Shown in pieces: positions 54,081 to 62,764 of a stretch of 64,000 nucleotides of DNA. The notes below the pieces were generated by a model. That model was given only the letters and a program-made list of their open reading frames with translations. It was not told the origin of the DNA and ran no database searches. Position numbers and translations under genes: made by a program. Position 1 is the first letter of the stretch, and the number at the start of each line of letters is the position of its first letter. Source of the DNA: Bdellovibrionaceae bacterium UBA2339 (GTDB lineage Bacteria; Bdellovibrionota; Bdellovibrionia; Bdellovibrionales; JAMPXM01); contig DDUL01000047.1 of NCBI GenBank assembly GCA_002344785.1, positions 2,247 through 66,246 on the forward strand, written 5' to 3'.

Positions 54081-55769
54081 CCCCACTCATCGGAGAACTC
54101 AACTGAAACGCAGAGCGTTGGCAGGCAAGGCCCGCTCAGCCGATCCGTTGCCTCGGTGACCTCGGTTGCCAGGTCGGCAAGCCTTGTGGCGTTGGGGACT
54201 TTGGCCTCGCGCGTGCTGGGACTTTTGCGCGACATGCTGCTGGCGCGACACTTTCCGCCCGAGGTCCGCGACGCCTTCGTGGTGGCCTTTCGGTTACCCA
54301 ATATTTTTCGCCGCCTCTTTGGCGAGGGCGTGTTGGCGGCAAGCTTTCTTCCCAGCCTGGTCAGCGCACTCACGCGGCCAACATCTCCGGGCGAGGCCAC
54401 GCGACTGGTCGGAGCCGTATTCACTTTGCTGTTGTCGCTGACCTCGCTGATTTCGCTTCTCGGTATTGTGTTCATGGATGAGTTGATGCGGCTGCTGTTG
54501 AGCGGCGGATCTTTCGATGATGTGCCGGGCAAATTTCAGCTCACTGTGGACTTGGCGCGCATCATGTTTGGTTTTGTGGCGCTGGTTTCCATCTACGCGT
54601 TTTTCATGGCCGTGCTCAATAGCTTGCATCGCTTCGCACTCGCGGCGGTGGCGCCTTGCTTGTTCAACCTCAGTCTCATCGTTGCGATCCTCGGTTTTCG
54701 CGGCCAAGCCCAAGCCGAGCGAGCTTTGGCGTGGAGTGTGATTGTTGGTGGGGCGCTGCAGATGCTGATTCTCGTACCGGCGATCCGCCGCGCAAGGCAT
54801 TGGCCGAAGTTGGGTTTCTTTTGGTCGAGCCCACAGGGGCCGCAGCCCGTGTGGACGCTACCCGAAGTGCAGAAAGTGTTTGCGGCGATGGGACCAAGCC
54901 TCTTGGGCCTAGGTGTTTTGCAAGTGATGACCGTCCTCAATGTGATCTTCGCTTCAAGACTTCCGCAAGGCGCGCACACGGCCATTTACTTAGCGGATCG
55001 ACTCTTTGAGCTGCCGCTGTCGCTGATTGCGGTCAGTGTGGGCTCGGCCATGCTGCCCACTCTGTCAGGCCAATGGGCTGCAGGTGATACCGCGAAGATG
55101 ACGGCGACTTTGCGTCGCGGGCTTCGCTTCGTGTTGTTTTTGGCTTTGCCCTCGGCGGTCGGGCTTTTCATGTTGGCGGAACCGATCACCGAAGTTTTGT
55201 TTCAGGGCCGCGAGTTTCGCTATGCGGATGTGCTGATGACCTCGCAGGTGATCCGCGTGTCGGCGATCGGCTTGGTGATGGCCGCTGTGGTGAAGCTCTT
55301 GGCGCAAGGATTCTTCGCCGTGGGAAACACTTGGTTTCCGGCCGTGGCGGGCTTGGTGACCTTGGCTTGCCATGCGGTGTTTGCTTGGGCGGGCACGCGG
55401 ACCATGGGACTTGTCGGGTTGACGGCGGCGACTGTGCTTTCCAGTTTGGTGAATGCGGTGCTGTTGGGTTTGGCCTATTCAAAGTGGGTGGGGCCGTTGC
55501 AGTGGCGGCAGACCGCGGGCTTGATGTTGAAGCTGGTGTTGGCTTGCGTGGCGCTGGCGGCGGGGTGTTTGATTTACGAGCCCCTGGTGCTGGAGTTTGG
55601 TTCGCGCTTCTTGACTCGGTCGGTGGCGCTGGCGGCTGCGATTGGCCTGGCCAGTGCTTTGTACTTCATCGCAACGGCGATCTTGCGCGTGCCTGAACTG
55701 AACGAGTTCGCCGCGCGGACTCGCGAGTTGATCACGGCGCGACTTCGGCGCTCAGCCACCAAGTCCTAA
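54069..55769 (+). CDS. murJ: Lipid II flippase MurJ
   Basis: ASRVLGLLRDMLLARHFPPEVRDAFVVAFRLPNIFRRLFGEGVLAASFLPSL matches the MurJ/MviN N-terminal signature. The protein is polytopic throughout. The track ORF start (53703) runs antisense through rpsT and is spurious. ATG 54069 is the first in-frame start after rpsT. Confidence 0.9.
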   Translation: MSRSPHSSENSTETQSVGRQGPLSRSVASVTSVARSASLVALGTLASRVLGLLRDMLLARHFPPEVRDAFVVAFRLPNIFRRLFGEGVLAASFLPSLVSALTRPTSPGEATRLVGAVFTLLLSLTSLISLLGIVFMDELMRLLLSGGSFDDVPGKFQLTVDLARIMFGFVALVSIYAFFMAVLNSLHRFALAAVAPCLFNLSLIVAILGFRGQAQAERALAWSVIVGGALQMLILVPAIRRARHWPKLGFFWSSPQGPQPVWTLPEVQKVFAAMGPSLLGLGVLQVMTVLNVIFASRLPQGAHTAIYLADRLFELPLSLIAVSVGSAMLPTLSGQWAAGDTAKMTATLRRGLRFVLFLALPSAVGLFMLAEPITEVLFQGREFRYADVLMTSQVIRVSAIGLVMAAVVKLLAQGFFAVGNTWFPAVAGLVTLACHAVFAWAGTRTMGLVGLTAATVLSSLVNAVLLGLAYSKWVGPLQWRQTAGLMLKLVLACVALAAGCLIYEPLVLEFGSRFLTRSVALAAAIGLASALYFIATAILRVPELNEFAARTRELITARLRRSATKS

Positions 55770-55792
55770 GATTTCTGAGATATTGCCTTAAC

Positions 55793-57499
55793 TTGAATTT
55801 TCACACCTTGGCGCTAGTCTGTGGGAGTTTGCGGCGCTCTCGCAACGAAGGTGGTAGGCCCCTGTCCAACTCGCTCAACAATGCATTAGGCAACTCATCA
55901 GGTTCGTCGGCTTCGCTGAGAGATCGGCTGGCGAGACTTCCTTTGCGAGCATGGAAGTGGATGGGCGGCGCGGCCGCCATCATGTTGTTGATTTTAATTT
56001 GGTCGCCCATTCACGAGATTCGCGTCGCGCATTTTTTGGGCGTGCACACATTGCTTGAGATCACTTGCGTGATGATCGGGCTGATGATTTTTAGCGTGCA
56101 GCTGATCTTGCGTCGTCACGACTTCATTCAGCTTGAGAAGTTTCAATTGCTCGGACTGCCGTTTTTGGGAATCGCACTGCTCGATTTAGCCCATGCGCTG
56201 TCATTCCCGGGCATGCCCGAGTTCGTTACGCCGGGTTCCTTGCAGAAGTCGATCAGTTTTTGGTTGGCCGCGCGAGGCCTCGAGGCGCTGGCGTTTTTGT
56301 TCTTTGCGACGAACTACAGGCGAACCAGCGAGCGCGTGCTGAGCACCTGGAAACTCGTCCTGTTTCTCTCGGCGTACGTGGGCGGGACGACGGCTGTGAT
56401 TTTGGCCTCGCCTGAAATTCTTCCGAGCTTCGTCGATCTCGACGGCTCCTTGTCGACGGCGAAGGTCGGCATTGAATTGATCTTCGTGATCTTGCACCTG
56501 TTGATTGCGTGGATGCTCTTGACGGCTTCGCGCGGTGTGGACTCGCGAATTGCGGATTTGATTGTGTCGTCGATGTTGGTGGCGATCTCCGGCGCGGCCT
56601 TCACCACGTACCGCGACGCTCACGACATGCTCATGCTCTATGGGCATGTGCTCAAGGTGCTGGCGTACTTCTTCATTTTGCGAAGCTGCTTGCTGAACGA
56701 ATTGATTGAGCCCTTTCAGCGCTTGGTGGAAGTGAATCGTTCATTGCAGGAGCATTCAGCCAATCTTCGCGATCTGCAGTCGCGGCTGACTCGTAGTGAG
56801 CGGCTCGGGGCCATTGGCGAGAGTCTCGCCACTGTGGTGCATGATCTGAACAACATGTTGTTTGTGACCGAATGGTCGACAGAGAGAATCGTCAAGGCGA
56901 TGTCGGGATCTGCGCCTAACGAAGACGTTGAAAAGTCGAGTGCGGCGATCTTGATGAGTTTGCGAAAGACGCGCGAGTTTCAGAAATTGTTGTTGAGCAA
57001 AGCCAAGGGTGAAGGCGGCGGTACGGCTCGAGAGATCCGTCTCGCGGTGGAGCTCGCGGAGTTTCGGATTGTGTTGGAATCGCTCGCTGGGCGTGATGTG
57101 CAGCTCGATATCCAATGCGACAATGAGTTGAGCTGCGTCGTTGATCCATTGCAGCTTGAACAAGTGTTGATGAATTTGGTCGTCAACGCGCGCGATGCGC
57201 TGAAAGCTGTCGAACGCGTCGGCGGACGGCGGGTGCTTTTGAGCTTTCAAGAAGGGCAAGACTTGGGTCGTTACGGCGTTTGGATTCGCGTGCGCGATAA
57301 TGGGCGCGGCATGCGCTCGGAAGATTTGAGTCGCGTCTTCGATCCGTTTTACAGTACGAAGTCCGACGGCGGCACGGGCTTGGGCCTGGCCACGGTGAAA
57401 TCCATCGTGGATGCCTGGGGCGGCCGAATCACCGTGCAGTCGCGCGAAGGTGAAGGCAGCGAGTTTCAGATTTGGCTGCCACGGTCGCCCGCGGTTTGA
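55793..57499 (+). CDS. Sensor histidine kinase with a polytopic (MASE3-like) N-terminal sensor domain
   Basis: There are about 7 TM helices (including HTLLEITCVMIGLMIF). The H-box-like motif is ATVVHDLNNML, the N-box is NLVVNARDA and the G-box is GGTGLGLATVKSIVDAWGG. The start is uncertain (alternative MGGAAAIM...). Confidence 0.8.
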   Translation: MNFHTLALVCGSLRRSRNEGGRPLSNSLNNALGNSSGSSASLRDRLARLPLRAWKWMGGAAAIMLLILIWSPIHEIRVAHFLGVHTLLEITCVMIGLMIFSVQLILRRHDFIQLEKFQLLGLPFLGIALLDLAHALSFPGMPEFVTPGSLQKSISFWLAARGLEALAFLFFATNYRRTSERVLSTWKLVLFLSAYVGGTTAVILASPEILPSFVDLDGSLSTAKVGIELIFVILHLLIAWMLLTASRGVDSRIADLIVSSMLVAISGAAFTTYRDAHDMLMLYGHVLKVLAYFFILRSCLLNELIEPFQRLVEVNRSLQEHSANLRDLQSRLTRSERLGAIGESLATVVHDLNNMLFVTEWSTERIVKAMSGSAPNEDVEKSSAAILMSLRKTREFQKLLLSKAKGEGGGTAREIRLAVELAEFRIVLESLAGRDVQLDIQCDNELSCVVDPLQLEQVLMNLVVNARDALKAVERVGGRRVLLSFQEGQDLGRYGVWIRVRDNGRGMRSEDLSRVFDPFYSTKSDGGTGLGLATVKSIVDAWGGRITVQSREGEGSEFQIWLPRSPAV

Positions 57500-58344
57500 G
57501 CGCTTCGGGCCTTGGCCTCGCGCCAAAATTTTTCCAGCTCATCCGGTGACCGCGACTCATAGCTTCGCCCGTCGCGTGCTTCGTGCTCGGCGGCGATGGC
57601 GCGCATCAGAAAGAAGCGGGACTCGAAGCGGGCATTGCCTTCGCGTAAAGCTTGCTCAGGATCCAAGTCGAGATGCCGCGCCAATTGCGCGACACTGAAG
57701 AGCAGATCACCAATTTCGTGTTGGCAGGCGGCGGAGTCGCGGCTGGCCAGCGCTTCGCGCAGTTCGGCGACTTCTTCATCGACTTTCGCCATGACGTCTT
57801 CCGGCTTCGCCCAATCAAACTGCAGTCGTCGAGTTTTCTGCCCGATTTTGGCCGCACGCTGAAGCGCGGGCAGTGCGAGAGGCACGTCGAAGCTTTCGCG
57901 CGCGTGAGCGGCTTTGTGGCCTTTGGCCTCGTCCGCTTTGATTTTCTGCCAATTGACGAGAACTTCGCTCGCATCCGCCACTTGCGTGTCGCCGAACACA
58001 TGCGGGTGACGTCGAATCATTTTCTCGGCGATGCCGCGGATCACATCGGTGATGTTGAAGCGCTTGGCCTCTTCAGCGAGGCGCGCGTGCAGCACCACTT
58101 GCAGAAGCACGTCGCCCAACTCTTCGCAGATCTGCGCATCGGTGCCGCGCTCGAGGGCTTCGATCAGTTCGCAAACTTCTTCAAGCGCGTAAGGCGTGAG
58201 ACTTTGATGAGTTTGCTCAAGATCCCATGGGCAACCGCCGGGAGAGCGCAGCGAGCCGACGATCTGGACGAAAGCGGAGAACTCGTTGAGGTTTTTTGGA
58301 ATCGCGTGCGAGGCCTTTGCGGCTTTGGTCGGTGAATCGCTCAT
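57466..58344 (-). CDS. mazG: Nucleoside triphosphate pyrophosphohydrolase MazG
   Basis: SLRSPGGCPWDLEQTHQSLTPYALEEVCELIEAL and a second EELGDLLFSV-type motif indicate tandem MazG domains. I prefer the start at ATG 58344 (MSDSPTK...). The track ORF extends spuriously to 59355. Confidence 0.85.
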   Translation of the reverse strand: MSDSPTKAAKASHAIPKNLNEFSAFVQIVGSLRSPGGCPWDLEQTHQSLTPYALEEVCELIEALERGTDAQICEELGDVLLQVVLHARLAEEAKRFNITDVIRGIAEKMIRRHPHVFGDTQVADASEVLVNWQKIKADEAKGHKAAHARESFDVPLALPALQRAAKIGQKTRRLQFDWAKPEDVMAKVDEEVAELREALASRDSAACQHEIGDLLFSVAQLARHLDLDPEQALREGNARFESRFFLMRAIAAEHEARDGRSYESRSPDELEKFWREAKARSAQTAGDRGSQI

Positions 58345-58497
58345 AGCCCTAGGTCGCATCCAGTCGTGACAAAGTCCAGCGTGCAAGTGGTGACGCGAAA
58401 GTCTTTTCCTTGCTGACGGCCCCAAAGAGTAGCATGAAATGAGCAACGCAGTTCGGCATGTGCCTGTCGTGCGCGGTCGCGGATTGGTCCTGCTGGC

Positions 58498-61005
58498 GTG
58501 GCAGTTCGATCTGCGCTTCAAGGCGTGGGCGATCGAGCATCGAGAAGTCGAAGTCACCGGAGTTTGTGCAACTTGAAATTTGGCGGTCGATCCAAGCATT
58601 CCAAAAGTGGCAGTCGCGAGTCGCTGCAATACAGATCGAAGTACATCGATCACTCGCTTCGCTTTCTGGATTGGGTCAATGAGCTGGGCCTGGAGCGGAC
58701 TTGGCTCGGTCGGCATCTCGCTTGGGCGGAGGAGAAGTTCCGCCTTCGTCGTTTGGCGATGGTGTTTCTGTTTTCGATCGCCCTGTCGCTCCTGCTGTTT
58801 TGGGAAATCGACTTGTCGTACTCTTATCGCGTGGGCGATGTGGTCTCTCGCGATATCAAATCGCCCATCAGCTTTGAAGTGATCGACGAGGTGGCGACCG
58901 AACAGAAGCGGCGCCAAGCGGAGCAATCGATTGCGCCGGTTTTGGATTATGATCGTGGCGCTTATGATGATCTCTATGGTCGGTTGTATTCGGCCTTTCG
59001 GCGCGCGCGTGAAGAACTGCGACCGGTGAAGTTTTCCAAGGATGAATTTGAGCGATGGGATCAGGTCAAGGCCTTGATGGACAAGCGTCCTGACTTTGAA
59101 AAGGCCATCGGCCGACAGGTGAGCGAGCCCGTCTATGAGTGGTTGATCGAAAAGCGATTCTCGGCGCGCATCGAAGGCGCATTGACGGAGCAGTTGGATC
59201 GCTGGTCGGGGATGAAACTTGTCGAGAGCAAAACTCAAGTGGTCGCCCCCGGCGCCAAAGAGGTCGTGCTGCGCGAGGTCTCGCGTTCGGGAAAAGGTCG
59301 CGAAGTCGAAGTCTCGGTTCGTGAAGTTCGCGAGATCGCCGGTGAAATCGATCAAGGCATTGAGAGTTTGTTGCGTGCCCGTGGATTTGTCGGCAGTGAT
59401 GCCCGCCTGCTGGCGGAATTCGCGCGGGCACTACTGATCCCGACCATCACGCCAAATCGACACGAGACGCAGCAGCGACGCGAAAAGGCCCGCGCCGATG
59501 TCCTGCCCGTCGTGATTTCGGTGAAACGACGTCAAGTCATCATTCCTGAAGGCACGACGGTGCAGCCGATTCACAAGACCTTGTTGAATCAGATCGAAAT
59601 GCAGACGTCGGATCGGCATCGAAAGTCCGTCGCTCTGATCACGAGCCTTTTGTTCGTGGTGATGATCCTCGTGTTCTTTTCATATTTGCGCCGATTCACG
59701 CAAAATCGGATCGACGTCGATGGTAAGGACATGGCGGTGATGGCCACGATCACTCTCATGGTCGCCGCCGTAGTGAAAGTGTTTTTGTTTCTCACCAACT
59801 CCGCGTTCACCGCGCAGTTTGGCTCGATGATTCCCGAGGAAGCTTTCCTCTACGCCGCGCCTGTCGCCGCGGGTCCCATGCTCGTGGGGCTTTTGGTCGT
59901 GAGCGGCGAAGTCGTATGGATCTTCTCGATGTTTCTTGCCGTCGTGGTTGGTTTGATGGTCGACGCCAAGTTCTCGATGGTGCTGGTGAGTGTGATCTCG
60001 GGATTGGCCGCGGCTCGCGGTGTGTTCGCTTGCAAAAAGCGCAACGACATCTATTGGGCAGGTTTACGCACCGGCGCGGTCGCCGCCTTGACGGTGCTCT
60101 TGGTGTTCACGGTTGTGTCGCGAGGAGAAGAAGATTTTCTGCGTCGACTTTTGTGGGCCGTGCCGGCGGGATTCTTGGGCGGGATCCTTTCGAGTTTGCT
60201 CGCCATGGCGGTGGTGCCGGTTTTGGAGACGTTGTTTAACGTGACGACCGACGTGAAACTTCTGGAGCTTGCGAATCTCAATCATCCGCTGTTGAAAGAA
60301 ATGATCGTCAAGGCGCCGGGTACGTATCATCACTCGCTGGTGGTGGGCTCGATGGTGGAAAGTGCGGCGGAAGAGATCGGCGCCAATCCCTTATTGGCCA
60401 AAGTCATGAGTTACTATCACGACATCGGCAAGACCGAACACGCGCAGTACTTCATCGAGAATCAGAAATCCGGGCACAATCCGCACGATCATCTCAGTCC
60501 GCATATGTCGCGCACCATATTGGTGGCGCATGTGAAAGATGGCGTGGAATTGGGTCTTGAGCACCAGCTTGGCAAAGCCATCATCGATGGCATTGTCCAG
60601 CATCACGGGACAACTTTGATTTCATTTTTCTACAATCGCGCCATCGAGAATCAGGATGAGGATTTGGACGAGGTCCACGAGGAAGATTTCCGCTACCCAG
60701 GTCCCAAGCCGCAATTCCGTGAAGCGGCGTTGATTATGCTCGCGGACTCGATCGAAGCGGCCTCGCGCTCGCTGGATGAACCCACGCCGATGCGCCTGCA
60801 GAACATTGTGAAGAACATCATTCAACGCAAGTTCATGGATGGTCAGCTCGACGAGTGCAATCTGACTTTGAAAGACTTGTCGATCATCGAAGAGGCCTTC
60901 ATTCGCGTGTTGATTGGCATTTATCACCAGCGAATTGACTACCCGAAGTCCGCTGGCGGCGGAGCGGCGGAGGCGCCGCGAGCCTCTACGCGAGGACATG
61001 CCTGA
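58498..61005 (+). CDS. 7TM-receptor HD-domain phosphohydrolase (PgpH/YqfF-like)
   Basis: An extracellular domain and seven TM helices are followed by the HD domain HSLVVGSMVESAAEEIGANPLLAKVMSYYHDIGK and QHHGTTLISFFY. It lies upstream of ybeY, as in many genomes. The start codon is uncertain. Confidence 0.85.
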   Translation: MAVRSALQGVGDRASRSRSHRSLCNLKFGGRSKHSKSGSRESLQYRSKYIDHSLRFLDWVNELGLERTWLGRHLAWAEEKFRLRRLAMVFLFSIALSLLLFWEIDLSYSYRVGDVVSRDIKSPISFEVIDEVATEQKRRQAEQSIAPVLDYDRGAYDDLYGRLYSAFRRAREELRPVKFSKDEFERWDQVKALMDKRPDFEKAIGRQVSEPVYEWLIEKRFSARIEGALTEQLDRWSGMKLVESKTQVVAPGAKEVVLREVSRSGKGREVEVSVREVREIAGEIDQGIESLLRARGFVGSDARLLAEFARALLIPTITPNRHETQQRREKARADVLPVVISVKRRQVIIPEGTTVQPIHKTLLNQIEMQTSDRHRKSVALITSLLFVVMILVFFSYLRRFTQNRIDVDGKDMAVMATITLMVAAVVKVFLFLTNSAFTAQFGSMIPEEAFLYAAPVAAGPMLVGLLVVSGEVVWIFSMFLAVVVGLMVDAKFSMVLVSVISGLAAARGVFACKKRNDIYWAGLRTGAVAALTVLLVFTVVSRGEEDFLRRLLWAVPAGFLGGILSSLLAMAVVPVLETLFNVTTDVKLLELANLNHPLLKEMIVKAPGTYHHSLVVGSMVESAAEEIGANPLLAKVMSYYHDIGKTEHAQYFIENQKSGHNPHDHLSPHMSRTILVAHVKDGVELGLEHQLGKAIIDGIVQHHGTTLISFFYNRAIENQDEDLDEVHEEDFRYPGPKPQFREAALIMLADSIEAASRSLDEPTPMRLQNIVKNIIQRKFMDGQLDECNLTLKDLSIIEEAFIRVLIGIYHQRIDYPKSAGGGAAEAPRASTRGHA

Positions 61006-61496
61006 TGCCAGCCACACCGCCGAGGTCTAGACGCGACGTCTTTCGTGTGGACGTGATCGGGCGGCCCGCGTCCTGTGAGTTGTCGGAGCGCGAAATTGTA
61101 AACCTGATTCAGCGAGCTCGTCGGGAAATTGCGGCGCACCCGGCTTTGCGCCGCAAGGCACATCGGCAGTTGAGATCAGCGACAAGTTTGCAGCTGGCCG
61201 TGATGGGTCGGGCCAAGATGCAAAAGCTCAATGGCGACTTTCGCGGAGCGGACAAGGCGACTGACATTCTCTCCTTTGCGGCGACTGAGCCGGGTTCGCT
61301 GGGCGAACTGGCTCTGTGCTGGCCCGTGATTCGCGCCCAGGCGCGCGCGCATGCCCACTCTGTCAAAGCCGAATGCTTTTACATGCTGGCGCATGGGCTC
61401 TTGCACCTGCTGGGCTATGATCACGAGGCGACGCAGGCCGAAGCCCGTCGCATGTTCAAGATCCAAGATGAGATCTTTGCGCGGGCCAAGTTCTAG
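61005..61496 (+). CDS. ybeY: rRNA maturation endoribonuclease YbeY
   Basis: The zinc motif HGLLHLLGYDHE is present. The size (163 aa) fits, and the start overlaps the upstream stop (ATGA-type TGATG junction). Confidence 0.9.
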   Translation: MPATPPRSRRDVFRVDVIGRPASCELSEREIVNLIQRARREIAAHPALRRKAHRQLRSATSLQLAVMGRAKMQKLNGDFRGADKATDILSFAATEPGSLGELALCWPVIRAQARAHAHSVKAECFYMLAHGLLHLLGYDHEATQAEARRMFKIQDEIFARAKF

Positions 61497-61614
61497 TTCG
61501 TCGGCCTGTTCATCGCCTTTGGGAGCTCAAACGCTACGCATTTCATTTGGTTCTCGATTTCAATGCGTTCAGAATGTATAGGTTGATGAAGTTGAGATCC
61601 GCGAGGGGGCCATC

Positions 61615-62764
61615 ATGAGTCTGCAGACACAAGCTTCAGAAGTTCGCAATCGTCTCAAAGCCGTTCAGGCCAAGGGACATGAGCTTCGGGGGTATCTTTG
61701 ACATCCCCAAAAAGGAAAAACGCCTCGAGGAAGTGACGTTGCAATCGGAGAACCCGGCGGTCTGGGGTGATCCGAACAAAATGCAGAAGCTCAACAAAGA
61801 ACGCAGTTCGCTGGAAAAAGACATCACCGCTTGGAAGACTCTGGTGAGTCGCACCGATGACGCCTTGGTGCTTCTGGAGATGGCCGAAGAGGCGGGGGAT
61901 GAGTCCACCTTTGCCGAGGCTGTCAACGAAGCCGGGCAACTTGAAAAGCTCGTCGACGAACTTGAAATCAAGAAAATGCTCTCGGGTGAGCTCGATGCGA
62001 ACTCGACCTACTTGACGATCAACGCGGGTGCGGGCGGTACCGAAGCTCAAGATTGGGCGGAGATGCTTTATCGCATGTACATGCGCTACGGCGAACGCCA
62101 AGGTTATCGCGTGGCGGAGATCGAACGCAGCGATGGCGAGGCGGCCGGTATTAAGTCCGCCACTTTGCACATCGAAGGGCCCTATGCCTACGGAAATCTG
62201 AAGGCCGAAAACGGCGTGCATCGCCTCGTGCGGATTTCGCCCTATGACTCGAATGCTCGACGGCACACGAGCTTTGCCTCAGTCTTTTGTTGGGCAGAAG
62301 TCGATGACGACATCAAAATTGATCTGAACATGAGTGACGTGAAGGTCGACACCTATCGCGCTTCGGGTGCCGGCGGACAGCACGTCAACAAGACGGACTC
62401 GGCGGTGCGCATGACGCATATGCCGACGGGGATTGTGGTGTCCTGCCAAAACGAAAGATCACAGCACGCCAACCGTGATCGCGCCATCAAGATGTTGAAG
62501 GCGGCACTTTATGAACGGGAAGTTGAAGCGCGAAACAAAGCCAAGGACGAGGCCAACTCGCAAAAGAAGGCCGTCGAGTGGGGCTCGCAGATTCGCAGCT
62601 ACGTGTTTCACCCCTATCAGATGGTGAAGGATCACCGAACGCTGCATGAAACTTCACAAGTGCAAACCGTCATGGATGGGAGCATTGAGGATTTCATCTA
62701 CGCGTATTTGAAAAACCCGACGGATCAGCGCGCCCAAGGCGGCGCTGTACAAGACGAGGTCTAA
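61615..62764 (+). CDS. prfB: Peptide chain release factor 2, expressed via programmed +1 frameshift: join(61615..61698,61700..62764)
   Basis: Frame 0 reads ATG 61615 ... CGG GGG TAT CTT TGA. Skipping T61699 continues as GAC ATC CCC AAA... into the long ORF, which carries SPYDS...RRHTSF and GGQ (SGAGGQHVNKTDSAVR). The site GGGGG-TAT-CTT-TGA-C matches the E. coli prfB shift site, with the upstream SD-like element. Confidence 0.95.
61687..61702 (+). promoter_or_regulatory. prfB +1 frameshift cassette (SD-like GGGGG, slippery CUU, in-frame UGA followed by C)
   Basis: The sequence is cgggggtatctttgac. Confidence 0.9.

Noticed and set aside
58345-59355. Upstream extensions of track ORFs: mazG to 59355, murJ from 53703, purA to 48992, creB to 27216, the OMP genes from 16564 and 41192
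   Set aside because: In each case the extension overlaps a well-supported gene on the other strand or lacks family similarity. An internal ATG with an SD, or a canonical family N-terminus, gives the expected protein length.
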